This document shows, one piece after another, positions 31,374-45,940 of a stretch of 64,000 bases of DNA. Each line of letters starts with the position of its first letter. Within the stretch, counting starts at the first letter, position 1. The stretch lies in NCBI RefSeq assembly GCF_009914755.1, contig NC_060928.1; one strand, given 5' to 3'. The position numbers and the translations under genes were made by a program. The DNA comes from the human T2T-CHM13v2.0 reference genome, Homo sapiens. The notes beneath the pieces are model-generated. The model was not told where the DNA came from and did no database searches. It was given only the letters and a program-made list of their open reading frames with translations.

Positions 31374-31482
31374 CTTTCATCTGTCTCGTTGGCTTTATTT
31401 GAATGAAAACAGTCACCATCATATCCACCATCTTCTCATTCATGTTTAAGATGTCGCAAAATTTCTTATCAAGCTGATACAT
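31374..31482 (-). CDS. Putative coding part of an alternative first exon: MYQLDKKFCDILNMNEKMVDMMVTVFIQIKPTRQMK, phase 1 (start Met uncertain; the exon could be 5'UTR only)
   Basis: Minus-strand AAG|GTAAGA donor at 31374/31373; six in-frame ATGs; unique TE-free context; upstream TATA box; weak resemblance to the KChIP1 N-terminal exon. Confidence 0.55.
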
Positions 31483-31660
31483 TACATTTTCCCAAATTTC
31501 ACATTTAGAAAAAATTTTAAGAAATAGCGAGATGAACAAAAAGGTTTTGTTTCTCCAAAGGTCTTTCGCAGTCTTCCCAGTTCTGAATGGCAATGGTCTT
31601 CAACTCTGCAGCAATTATGGGCTGTACTCCTCAAATTCACATTTTGGGAATGCAGAAGCC

Positions 31661-31692
<32 letters not shown>

Positions 31693-31790
31693 TGGAAGGG
31701 GCAGTTTATATGTAATACCATGCAGATCCATAGTCTATGAACATCACCAAGGTTAACCAACCTTAAATGCAACTATCAGCCCCTTGCCAG
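31483..31790 (-). other. Putative 5'UTR of the first exon, containing a (CA)n repeat
   Basis: Unique sequence between the TATA-predicted TSS (about 31785-31790) and the first in-frame ATG. Confidence 0.45.
31662..31690. repeat. (TG)n microsatellite
   Basis: Directly visible. Confidence 0.97.
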
Positions 31791-31810
31791 AATCTGCAGC
31801 AACCTCCTTT

Positions 31811-31818
31811 TTTATATA
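31811..31818 (-). promoter_or_regulatory. TATA box (TATATAAA)
   Basis: Minus strand gaTATATAAAaaaggagg, about 440 bp upstream of the donor. Confidence 0.5.
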
Positions 31819-31858
31819 TCTGGTTCAAATTTCCCCTTGCTGACAATTTAAAAATAAT

Positions 31859-32001
31859 TCTCTCTCTCTCTATCTCTCCATAGCTCTCTGTCACTCTGTC
31901 TTTCTGGATGAATACATACATAGACAAATGAGGGAGAATTTTCTCTCTCTCTCTCTCATGCACACGCACACACACACACACACACACAAGCACACACACA
32001 C
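31859..32001. repeat. (TC)n and (TC)n(CA)n microsatellites in the putative promoter
   Basis: Visible at 31859-31877 and 31942-32001. Confidence 0.9.
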
Positions 32002-34158
32002 AATCACCCAATGCAGGCAGCTTGCTAAAGGATATAACTCTAATTATGGTTTCGACCCAATTCCCCCTGGAGTCCCCAAATTAAGGTTCAAAATTATGAG
32101 AGCAGTATAAAGGAGAAATTTACTTTATAAAAATTGTAATATCTTAGTAGCCCAAATCCCTTTACTATCAAAAAGAAGCTGAAAACGGCACATTCATCCC
32201 TATGTCAAGGTCTGATACATGCTCAAAATGGGAAAAAGAAAAAGAAAATGAGTTATTTTCTTCTAATTAAAAGCTTAGTTCAGAATGAGAAAATTGAGGT
32301 GGAAGGAGTCTGCTTTTTATGAAAGAAGTAATAACCAGGCACAAGATAGTTTAGATCTTGCCTAAATGAATTGAAACTGCACAGTTAACATAAAAGAGAG
32401 ATGTCAAACAATCTTTGCCATTGCCAATCATTTTGCCCTAAGAATATACAAATCCCCAGATATCAGGTTTTTAGTGGGCACAGATTATATTTTCAAAATT
32501 TATTTTTTTTCTCAGATCTTTTGATTTAGCCACACTTGCCTCTTAAATGTTCCCTGAATACACGACACTCCTTCCTTCTGTGAAATTTTGCCTAAGTTAT
32601 CTTTATCCGAAATGTTGTTACTTCTTGTCTCCAGGCTCCTCCATTTCAGGAATAAATTATGAAATCAGAAATGTTAATTTTCCGTAATAAGGGAATCTTA
32701 TTAAAAAGACTTGAGAGCTGGAATAATTTAGACCAAAAGTTACAGGTCCTATTCCGTTTTGCCACAGAGTGCGGGCTCACTATAACCCTTAGCATGCTCT
32801 AAGGGGTTATTAGGGTCTCCAGGTAATATTGCATAATTGCTAATGCATTATAATTTTTGGAAGACATTTATACCCATAGTTTGTTGAATCTATATTTACC
32901 AGTTCTTCTGGATAAACACCTTCTGTTTTCTATTAAAAATGATTTTACCTTTACATCTAACAATTGTCTCAGTAGGCAGGCATGAAATTAGTATGATCTT
33001 AGGAACTGAGATTTATTTAATGTGACAAAATTCCAGTCCACTGTCTTCATCTGGGATTAACTTCACATTTTAAAAGTGTATGCTGCTTCTATACTTCATT
33101 TTTATAAAGAATATTACATTTGATGGGGAATAATTAAGGCAAAATGAAAACTGAGCTATAATTTTACACCTATCATCTTGCTAAAAACTAGTCTTGTCTT
33201 GTATTTTCTTGCCTTAGCCACTCTCTTTTGCCAAATTCTCCTAAATACACCTCTCTCATTATATAAAGCAGTCACAACAATTAACTATTGGGGAGGTAAA
33301 GGTGGAAAGAGGTATTCAAAGCAAGCAAGTACCTTACATAACCTGTAGGTCCTTGAGGTACATATGCAAACAAAACTGTAATCATAGACCTCAATCATCC
33401 TAATAAGTCATGAATCATATAACAGCAATTTCAACTGTAATAAGTAACATAACCAGTTATATTTTGCACTAAAAATATCAAGTATGAAGAAGGCATCTAA
33501 CTATTTATTTGTCAAACTAGACACTTAGATGGACTGTTCATTTCAAAGCATGTTTTGGGATCTTTTCTTTTCTTTTCACCAAAGGTAGTCAGTGGCTGAA
33601 ATGTCTATATGGAAGAACAGAAAGCCCACCCTGCTACTTTTTAAATCTTTTATAGCAGAAAAGTGACTGATAGAAGGATTTACCAGAATGGTCATAGAGC
33701 AAGTGAGCAGGGACATAGTTTAGCATTAATTCCCTAGAATGCTAAGGCCAGATGAAATCAGATGGAGTGAACCGTGTTGATCAAGCTATGCTTCATATTT
33801 CATGAGAGCAGTGTCTTAGTGTTGGTGTTTGCTAACAGAGAAGCTATATCAAAAACAGCTTTCAGCTTTTGATTTCTGAAAAGTAGTGAATATCCACATA
33901 GAATAGTGACTGACATTTAATTACATAGATCATGTCTAAACCACAATCCAGTCCTAAGCTTCTCAAATCTTCTAGGATGTCTGTTAAAAATGTTAATTCC
34001 CATGCTCCAATTCCAAGCACTCTCATTTACTGGCTCTATAGGGCTCAAAGATCTACATTTTAAACATCTCCTGAGCAATTTAATCCACCCATCATCATAT
34101 ATTGCACGTCTGTACCCAGCCTGGTCAACAATGTAGTCATGATAGAGTGGTAGAAATG

Positions 34159-34611
<453 letters not shown>

Positions 34612-35399
34612 TTAGGGAGGCTAATTCACCTGTTATCCAGTTTGAGGAAACATCCAGGCTGAACCTTTCTAGCTTCTCAAGTTAGAATACAATGATTTGG
34701 GGTTTCACACGGGATACTATCAGATGATATTTTAGATACAAATTGATGTCCTTTTAAAAAGTCATGAACAAAATGTAACTGATATTATGTTTTAATTAGC
34801 TTCAGTCAGCCTACAAATATATGCATTTTGACGATGTTACCAAATTTGCTGCCCATTTTACTTAAAATCAATAGAACAGTTTGTTGTGAATTCAACAATC
34901 CTTACAGAAAATCTGTCCTCTTTGTGGTAAGGTAGCCAATAAAAGTTTATTAATATTCACTATAGTAACAAGTAATAAAAAGGCATCTAAAATTTTTACT
35001 TTAAAAGTAATTGCTCTAGACATTTAAGTAATCTGATTGATTTAACTCTCGAGTGATGATGGTATCATATAGCCTCCATCTAATGAGCATTGAGCTGCTT
35101 TCAAAGCAGTGTCATATATATGAATTCATTTGATATTTACAAGGTCCACAGAGCATCTTAAAGTTTAGAGAGACATGTTCTTGAACTGGTTCTGTGAACT
35201 GTAGTTTCATAGATTTTTACCCCCATTGGATTTTCTTATCACATAAAATAGCAGTACTACAGGAAAAAAAAAAAAGATCAAGCCAAACTCAGAACTTATC
35301 AGCTCACATACACAATCATTTTCTCCTACACCGATAGGTTGTGAGGCTGGCAAATTTCTATGAAAGAACTTTGTGACAGTCCCATTAGACAATACCCTT

Positions 35400-35710
35400 A
35401 TGTATCCCAACAACTTTAAACTCAAGCAATATTGAACTATTCTAGTTTTCTGCAGGTGCCATGCTGTTTCATGATTACATGACTTTGTCCAACTGTCCCC
35501 TCTGCCTGGGACTTCTGGCTTCCCTCTCTTTTCTGCCTGGACAAATCCTATTTTCCCTCTAAAACTCTGTTTAAACATCATCTCCATGGAAACTTTCTTC
35601 TCTGTTCTCCATCTGTATTATTTGTTTACAAACCCAACTTCCCCTGACTTTCAGCACTCAAAAGGCAAATCATGCATCTTATTCATCTTAGTATCTTCAT
35701 GGTGTCTCCT
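35400..35710 (-). mobile_element. L2 fragment
   Basis: 'tcccctctgcctgg...ctctgtttaaacatcatctcc...gtatctt'. Confidence 0.55.
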
Positions 35711-35725
35711 AAGGCTAAAAAATCA

Positions 35726-36184
<459 letters not shown>

Positions 36185-36219
36185 TTAATTTTTCATTTAC
36201 ATTTTCTTTTCAGTAGGAG

Positions 36220-36460
36220 GATATCAGAGCAGTTCAGAATGTAGATGTTGAAGCCAGACTGTGTGCAAAGCCTGACTCTTCCTCTTCATAGCCACCTGAC
36301 ATTGGAGAAGGCATTCAGTTATCTGGGCCTCACTCTATTTTGTGTGAAATGACTAGAATAACAGTACTTGTCTCACTGGATTTTTGCAGGGATTATGTGA
36401 GTAAATGCATGCAGAGTTCTTAAAACAATACATGGCACCTAGTGGATTCTCAATACTGGC
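36220..36460 (-). mobile_element. MIR SINE
   Basis: 'gaagccagactg...ctgggcctcac...gaaatg...ggcacctagt'. Confidence 0.6.
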
Positions 36461-36679
36461 AATTTAATAGTTAGTACATCTACTAAAATTGTTAATTACC
36501 TATGATCAAAAGTATACATACAAAACAACCCTGGATATATTTATTCCTGTCACATCCATTCATGTTCCAACATGTTCTTTTGAATAAATTCAGATGGTTT
36601 TCATTCATTTCTTTACCCCCATACTTTTACTAAAGGAGCTACATGGGTAAAACTATGTAATTAAGTATCTAAGTTATCA

Positions 36680-37547
<868 letters not shown>

Positions 37548-38449
37548 GGCAATGGCTTTTTAATTCAAAGATGCTATTTCAACTCAATAAGATGCAGCTT
37601 TTTAAATTTGTCACTAGGTGGTGTTGGAGACAAATACAGTACTGCTCCTTGACTAGAGGAAAAGTTCTTAAAATGATGCAGTCAAATCTTACAGTACAGT
37701 GTGCCTTTGGCTATGCTGATTACAAATTCTACAAAGATAGTTATGATGAACTAACAGGATAAAATTATCATCTTATAATAAGAAACAAGCAACATTAAGA
37801 AGCAAATACATCCTAATTCTCGTCTAACAGCTATTCTGAAGTTTGCTGGGCCCAGTTTATGTGCAAGACCATGAAGTTTTAAAATTTCATGAAGTTTTAA
37901 AATTTCTGCAATTCCTGTAAAGTGTTTAATTTCACCATATAAGTTGCATCTGATGGAATCTCTTTTTATCCCCAGAAGGCTTAGGGTGTTTAAATCACTT
38001 GTTTAGAACTACAGTTTATTTAGCCAAATTTCTTTTCCAGTTACACTCTTGAACAATACTTCACACAGCATCCAAACACCATAGCATCTGCCCTTGAGGT
38101 TTGAATAGGTGATATTTATTTTGCTTGCAAAAACTAACTAGGAACAATAGGATATTTTCACTTAAGGATGCAACTCTCAAAGGTACATGTATTTACTTTC
38201 TCATCAATTACAACAGAAATGGTTTTCAAGGGAATCATTATTTAAAACTAATTTCTAACTCCATTCCTTTAACCAATTCAAAAATGCCTCTATCTTCAGT
38301 TACTTGACTGTGTTCTTTGCTTCTCAGTCTGAAAACACGTAGACAAACAACTCAGGGTTCCAAGCTCACCGGAAATATAATTATGCTTATTATGTTACAA
38401 AGCTTCTGCACCTTTAATCAGAAATGTCCCCTCTTCCACCAAGTATGAG

Positions 38450-38935
38450 GATTGCACAGTGGCAGGCACTGCTAGCTGCTTACCCAATCATTCTTCCCAT
38501 GTTCTTTGTAAATATAACTCAGATTTTGCTCAGATTAGCTACGTATCTAATTAAATATTCATCTTCCCACTGTTGGTTGAAGCTAGGAGTAAGTCAGACA
38601 TACTCTGCTTCTTAAGATATAATAATTTGCCAAGAAATACTGAGGGAAGCATTTGCTGCTTTTGCAAGGAACAGATAGGTCTGGTACCATTCTTCTCTAC
38701 TTCTTCCTGCCTTGAACATGCTGTCTGCTGCCCTGAGGCAATTAGCAAGGGGATGAAAACTATGAACAGCAAAAGAGAGAGATCTGGGCCTCTAATGCAT
38801 TGTTGTGAGCTGATCAACTCTAGGATACCACCTTCCTTCAAACTTGGTATATAAAAACACATTAACTCACTATTTTATGCTGCTGTTAGTTGAGCGCTAT
38901 GTTACTTATAGCTAAATTTATTCCTAACATGGACA
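38450..38935 (+). mobile_element. Old MLT1 (J/K-like) LTR
   Basis: 'gtggcaggcactgctag...cttcctgccttgaac...ctgctgttagttg...tgttactt'. Confidence 0.6.
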
Positions 38936-39827
38936 CCTTCTTGCTTCTGCTCCCTAACCCTCACTTTCCTTCTCACCATTCAATAGGAGTCTGTATGCCC
39001 TCCCCTCGGAGCTGATTTCATAGGGTTTTTCCCCTCATAGGTCACTATTCATGGAGTTGAGCTAGCAAAGCTCATCCCAGCTAATAAATATATTTAATAT
39101 TATTGTTATATCATAATTCTGACTCATAAGTAAATTCAAAGGTGAGATTTCTATGAAAACTGGGAAGGAATAGAAATAGATAGTGATGCTAACCAGCATG
39201 TAAGGGGCCCTTTACATTTTACAGAGGCCTTTTGCAAACACTCTTTCATTTGACCCCACAGCAGCTTTGCACAATAGGTATGATTAATAGTCAGTCCTCT
39301 TTTACAGGTATGAAAATTGAACCTTAGAAAGATTAAGTTACTCCTCACTGTCATACATCCATTATAATATAAACCTCCTGCTGGAGACTTGGTATGACAA
39401 TACCATAATTTATACCATTTCTACTTAATTCCTTTGCTTGTTGGGATGATAACAAAGATTAACATTTATCAAAGAGATACCAGTGCTGTAGGCATTTGCT
39501 GGAACAAGAGTGTTATATGTGTTATTGCATTTAATCCTCACAATCCTATAGCCTGATACCATTAATATACCCATTATAGATGAGGAAAGTGAGCCATTAT
39601 CCAAAAACAATCCACCCTCCTCAGCCACTCCTCAGGCTGTTCCTGACTTAATGCCTACATAGCATATCCCTATCTTTAGCTCCTAAGATGTTGGACTTTT
39701 GTTTTTGAGTGAAAACCAAGCTTCTAAACTAGACTCACCTGATCTTCTGGCCTGTGTTTGTACAATTATTTATTTCCATTGCTGTTAGACTGTAAATATC
39801 CCCTGTCTTTAAGAACGGCAACAATCT

Positions 39828-40091
39828 GGCCAGGAGCAGTGGCTCATGCCTGTAATCCTAGCAGTTTGGGAGGCTGAGGCGGGTGGATCACTTGAGGTCA
39901 GGAGTTCGAGACCAGCCTGGCCAACATGGTGAAACCCTGTCTCTATGAAAAATACAAAAATTAGCTGGGTGTGGTGGCGCCTGCCTGTAATCCCAGCTAC
40001 TCGGAAAGCAGCAAGCCGAGATCGCACCATTGCACTCCCACTTGGGGCACAAGAGCAAAACTCCATCTCCAAAAAAAAAAAAAAAAAAAAA
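39828..40091 (+). mobile_element. Alu (AluS-like) with ~40-bp internal deletion in the right arm
   Basis: 'cagctactcggaaagcagcaagccgagatcgc' lacks the ggagaatcgcttgaaccc segment; TSD-like ggcaacaatct/ggcagcaatct. Confidence 0.9.
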
Positions 40092-40726
40092 GGCAGCAAT
40101 CTGTCTCATATCATGTAAAATTGCAGCATTAAACTATTTGATTTTATTTTCCTATTGAAATGATGTTAATGAATTTTGGCTCTGAAAGCCTGTACTTCAA
40201 AAAAAACTCATTGGATTTCTGACTTTTAAATTAGCTTACAGTTTTCTTTCAACTCCAAGAAGAAGGTTTAATTTAAAATGTACTTAATAAGAAAGTATGC
40301 ACTTCAAAGATAAGCAAATACAGTTTTCATGTGGTTTAAAACAAGGACTTTATTGATCAATACAAAGGTTGGGGTGGGGGAAGAAAAGTCAATACATAAA
40401 ACAAGATACTTGTACTTATTCTACTGATACTATTGACATCGTATTACTCTTGAACAAAAAAAATCAGGCAGATTTAGACAGTGGGTGTTTTTTTTTACTT
40501 GGATATAAATATGTAAATGATTCCTTTTTGTTCTGATAACACAATGGAATAATGTGGGTTCTAGTTTTATCCAAATTCTGCCATTTACTGGTTGCTAGTT
40601 ACTAGACCATTAACAAGTTGATGATACTCTCTAAGCCTCAGTTTCCTCATCTCTAAAATAAAGCTAATATGTTGACCCCTCATTTTTATTTGGAACTTTA
40701 AGTAAACTAATAGATTTAAATTGTTT

Positions 40727-41095
<369 letters not shown>

Positions 41096-41964
41096 TCAGC
41101 AAGTATAATTCATACTCTTCTCTCCTTAAATCTCCCAAACTAACTTGATTATTTTAACCATGCTTCTCAGGTTTGTTAGCTTTTGAAATAAAGGTATTTC
41201 TAGAAACCTGATACTAGGAAACAGTGTATTAAAGAAATAATAAATAAAAGTCATTTTTAGGATATAGCTATCACTTTTATGACCTAAATAAATAGTATAG
41301 GCTTCATATTATAATGACATTTTGTATGCTCTTTAAAGCAAGATTTTATTTATTTTCATTTTCTTTTTAAGCCCTGGTGAATGTCCTCATTCTTGGGTTT
41401 ATACTTTCTAGAAATGCTTGAAAATAGATAAATAACAATATTGCATTATGTAGATGACAAAAGACACGTACATGAAAAAGTGTATATTTCCAAAGAAAAT
41501 TGGAAAGATCTCCATCTTTCTATATAAAACTTTGAAATGACATTGATTAAATTATAGAGAAAGGCTTTGTTTGGTAATTTTCTTAATCCCTAGAAATTCC
41601 AATCATCTTCAACTGAAGATGGCAATAACGCTCCTTGTAAGTAGGACAACGGGAGCTCGTGACATCCACAGTTGTTGGAGAATGAGATTTCTGACTTTCA
41701 GAAAATCATGTGTCTGAATTTACTGCAAATAATTTAAACTGTGGCTTTCAAAGCTGCCCCTTAGAGTCCCGTGATAACTTGTGCATAAGTCTCTCAAGCC
41801 TGCTTTACATTCTATTTTCTTTTTATATATACCTTTCTTTATCACTACAAAGTGTCCCTATTGAGATTCAGAGACAAGACTTAATTTGATTTTGTGTTAA
41901 TAATACCATCCAGCATAATGGCTGACACAGGCTGATAGACAGTTGATACAATTTTAATAGAGTA

Positions 41965-42199
41965 AAAGAGAAAGAAAAAAAGGAAAGATGGAAGGAAGTA
42001 ACAAGTAGGGAAAGAGGGAGGAAGAGAAGGAAGGAGGGAAGGAAAAAGAATGAAGGAAGGAAGGAAGGAAAGAAGGAAGGAAGGAGGGAGGGAGGGAGGA
42101 AAAGAGTGAGGAAAAAAGGAAGGAAAGGAAAGAAGAAAGGAAGCAAGGGAGGGAGGGAGGAAGGAACGAACGAAGGAAGGAAGGAAGGAAGGAAGGAAG
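41965..42199. repeat. GA-rich low-complexity / (GGAA)n tract
   Basis: Directly visible. Confidence 0.95.
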
Positions 42200-45100
42200 T
42201 CTCCTTTGTATCAGAATTGAAAGCTCATATTTATTTCAGTCTGCCTTTCTTAAAGTGACCACATTTTGAACTGAGTTCATTACCCAAGCAGTCATTAAAG
42301 CAATCCTATTGAAATACTATTACTCCTTTAATTTGTAATGACTTCACCTAACATCATCTTTTGTCTGAAAGGTTTTTATTTGCAGATGGCATTCAGACAA
42401 AAGGTTAGTCATTTTTTAATCAAATTTGAAGCACAGTAAATGACAATTGCTCCTTGGTAAAAGATGACAAAAAAAAAATCTAAGAAACTTATGTTTTATT
42501 TTGTACTTCTCCACAGTGTGGCAGCAGAGACTTAAGAAGTGGAAAAAGTCATTCAGAGTCTGGTTCAGGGAGACTCAGGCCACAGAGATATTCTCAACAC
42601 ATATACATGAGAATCAAATGGCAATAGGTTCATCTGTGCTCACAAGTCCTGAACAGAAGAAAATATTGCTTAACAAGCATCTTATGTTTGCTGTAAGATA
42701 TGCATTGGCTTAGCTGAAGTTCCCGCAGCATTTAATAGGTAAAATCTATTGGAAATGTTAATATTTCTTTTGGACTGAATAAAGGTCTACATAATTGGCT
42801 GATTTATATGATATTAATCTACTGAAAGAATGTCCAGTTAATTGCAGCAAACCTTTATTAAACAATGAACACAATCTCGCTTTATGGCAGTTCTGTTAAA
42901 TAAAAATAGCAGCAATCCCATATGGGTGTCACAAGGATTAGATGAGATAACACACTAGGAAGTGCATGTGGCTTGTGTGGAGTAAGCGGAAGATAAATGC
43001 TGTTACATTGTTACCATTTTCTCCACTGCTACCATTGCCATTCCACCTCCACTCACCTGATACCACTATGTTCCAGGCAGAGAAACACTAGTCATTTGTG
43101 GAGAAACAAAAATGACTAACAGGACAGCCCTGCTGTGGAAGAGTTCCTTCTCCAGTAACAGAGATGAAGGTGTAATTAAATAACCATGTCATTGTATGAT
43201 ATGAGAACAAATCCATCTACCTCCACATGTGGCTTGGGATTTGCCTTTACCTTTACTATTCCAGAAGACTCTCGTTCAGGCAAATAACTTAACAGCTCAT
43301 TACGTTAAAGAAACTTCCTGAAAAATCCATCAGCTCTTCATGAGAAAGCATCAACAGACAACAAACTCATCTTTATCAACAGCTTGTGTTGGTGATATGT
43401 GAGAAGCTGGCATTGGACAGATAAGTACCAGAAAGTAGCATAATACACTATGCATCCTTTATCACTGGCATGAAGAAATCAGAAAAACATGGGTTTGAAT
43501 CCTAGATCTGCCTCTTACTATCTGCAGGATTGTGTTCAATGTATTAAATAATCGTCAGCATATTTTTGTATTCACCAATAGTATTTTCCCCAGTGGTTTG
43601 CTGTGAGAGTGGAATAGTGTAACATAGGCAGAACCTTCAGCCTTCACGTGGCATGTGCTAAATGCTCAGTACATTTTTTCTCATCTTCCTCTTAATCATT
43701 CTCTATTAACTGCTCTTTCAACGTTGCTACTTTATTGTTTTTAGTTAGCTGTCATTTAGATAACCACAAGAGGAATGAAAAGAATCCAAATCCTTGGATG
43801 AACAATGGTACAAAACATATTTAGTCCACTCTGTTGGGTCTATGGATCTGTACGACCTGAAGGTAGGAGAAGGATTTAGGAGAGCTTGGTTTACTAATAA
43901 GCCTAAAATAGCACCTCCTACACAAGAAAACAGGTTAAAATTATGATCAAACACTAGTCAGGTTTCCTTTCATAAAATAGGTGTAGGTCCTTTCAACAAA
44001 AGAGCTTTGTAAATTACAGCAGATGACAAAGACCTTGAGAAAAGTGAAGGTATTAGCCTTGTGTTGTCACTCTTTCTAACGTGAGGCTGTCAGACCTTCT
44101 AAAAAACCAGAAAAATGTTAACTGTAAGATGGTCCCTGACCCTTTGGAGACAATGCGGTTTCCCTGATGTAACCTTACAAATGAACCATTTGGGTAATTT
44201 GCATGAGCTGATATTGTTTCTAAGTGGTATTTATGCTTTCAAAAATGACAGTAACATGATGTCTTTAGTAATATTTCCCAAGGAGTGAACATGTTCAGTT
44301 CAGCAGAGAAAAGCATAGTGTCACTAACTCCAGGCAATCAGATTGCTACAAGCCTAATGTTTTTCAACACAGCACACAGAGGAAAAGGACAGATATTTTA
44401 GAAAAGACATCATTGTATTATTGATATCCACACAATAAAATATAACTGCTTCAAGTAAAGTGTATGTTTCCACAGAGAACTCAGAGCCAACAAAAACAGC
44501 CCTAATGGGAAAAATAGTAACTAAATAATTATGGCTCTTCTTTCCTCAAAAGAATTAAAATTGCATTTATGGATAAGCAAACCCAATCAACACAGGGTCG
44601 TTGGAGGGTTACAGAAGAAACAAGATAAAAATAAAAACGGAAAAATTCAAAGTAAAAGGAGGGATAGAAATAGGAAGCAACTGTTAAATTAAAACAAAAA
44701 AAAGTGAAAGAAAGACTCTCTCTCAATTAGATATTCTCAGATATTTGCCCTCACCTCTCACAAAGAGAGTAGTGGAAAATATAGGCTCTCCACTCCTTCC
44801 CAAGGAAAGCATCACTATCTAAGCCTGATGTATTCATCTTCTGGGGGAGATGTGTGCCTGCAAGAAGACATTTCATTATTTACCAATTAATTAATTAACT
44901 CATTCATACTTTCTTACTTCTATCCTAAACATGACCTATGAAGTCCATTTGATTTAGCCACTACCTATTTCCCAGTATTACCTAACATAATATGTTCTTA
45001 CATTCTAGCTATCCTAAATTTCTTTCAGTGGCTTCACCATCTCCCTCCTTTTCTCTAGAAATGATTTCTTCCTTCTTTACCAAGCTGGTTTCCACTTATC

Positions 45101-45252
45101 CTTTAGGTTGGTGCTTAACCATCGCTTCCCTAGAGATTTCCATATGCCCCTCAACTTGGCTGGAGCTCAGTGATGGGGGCTCCTAATCTGGAAAAACTCT
45201 CCACTTCTGTACTGCCATACTCATTGCATTTATAAGTTTCTTTCTCAATGGG

Positions 45253-45940
45253 TGCTATAGTTTGAATGTGCAAAGATCATGTGTTGGAAACTTAATTCCC
45301 AGTGCATTTGTGTTAAGAAGTAGGAACTTTAGGCTGAGTGAGGTGGCTCACGCCTGTAATCCCAGCACTTTGGGAGGCACAGACGGGTGGATCACGAGGT
45401 CAGGAAATCGAGACCATCCTGGTTAACACGGCGAAACCCCGTCTCTACTAAAAATACAAAAAAATTGGCTATGCGTCGTTGCAGGCGCCTGTAGTCCCAG
45501 CTACTCAGGAGGCTGAGGCAGGAGAATGGCGTGAATCCTGGAGGCAGAGCTTGCAGTGAGCCGAGATTGTGTCACTGCACTCCAGCCTGTGACAGAGCGA
45601 GACTCCGTCTAAAAAAAAAGAAAAGAAGTAGGAACTTGAGTAATTAGATCATAAAGGCTTCAGTCTCATAAATAGATTAATGTCATCATCACAGGACTGG
45701 TTCATTATCCCAAAAGTGGGTTCCTTAGAAAAGGACGAGTTTGGTCCTTCTTGCCTTCTCTCTCTCTTTTGCCATCTGCTCTTCCACCATGGGATGACAC
45801 TACAAGAAGGCCCTTGCTTGATGTTCGTCCTTCAGCCTTGGACTTCCAGACTTCCAGAAGCATGAGACAAATAAATTTCTGTTCCTTATACATTACCCAG
45901 TCTGTGGTATTCTATTATAGTAGCACAAAATTGGCTAAGA
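45253..45940 (+). mobile_element. MST (MSTC/D-like) MaLR LTR split by AluY
   Basis: 'tgctatagtttgaatg...tgttggaaacttaat' and 'ataaatttctgttccttata...ctgttatag-like...ctaaga'. Confidence 0.8.
45332..45622 (+). mobile_element. AluY
   Basis: Y-diagnostic 'atcgagaccatcctgg', 'gaatggcgtgaa', 'gagcttgcag'; TSD aagaagtaggaactt. Confidence 0.93.

Noticed and set aside
31186-31593. Full 135-aa ORF as a single-exon gene
   Set aside because: Begins at a non-ATG codon and runs through a strong splice donor into a microsatellite; only 31374-31482 is plausibly coding
32775-32815. Resemblance to T7 promoter/terminator words (ctcactata, ataaccc...ggggtt)
   Set aside because: Only short partial matches with no other vector sequence; chance
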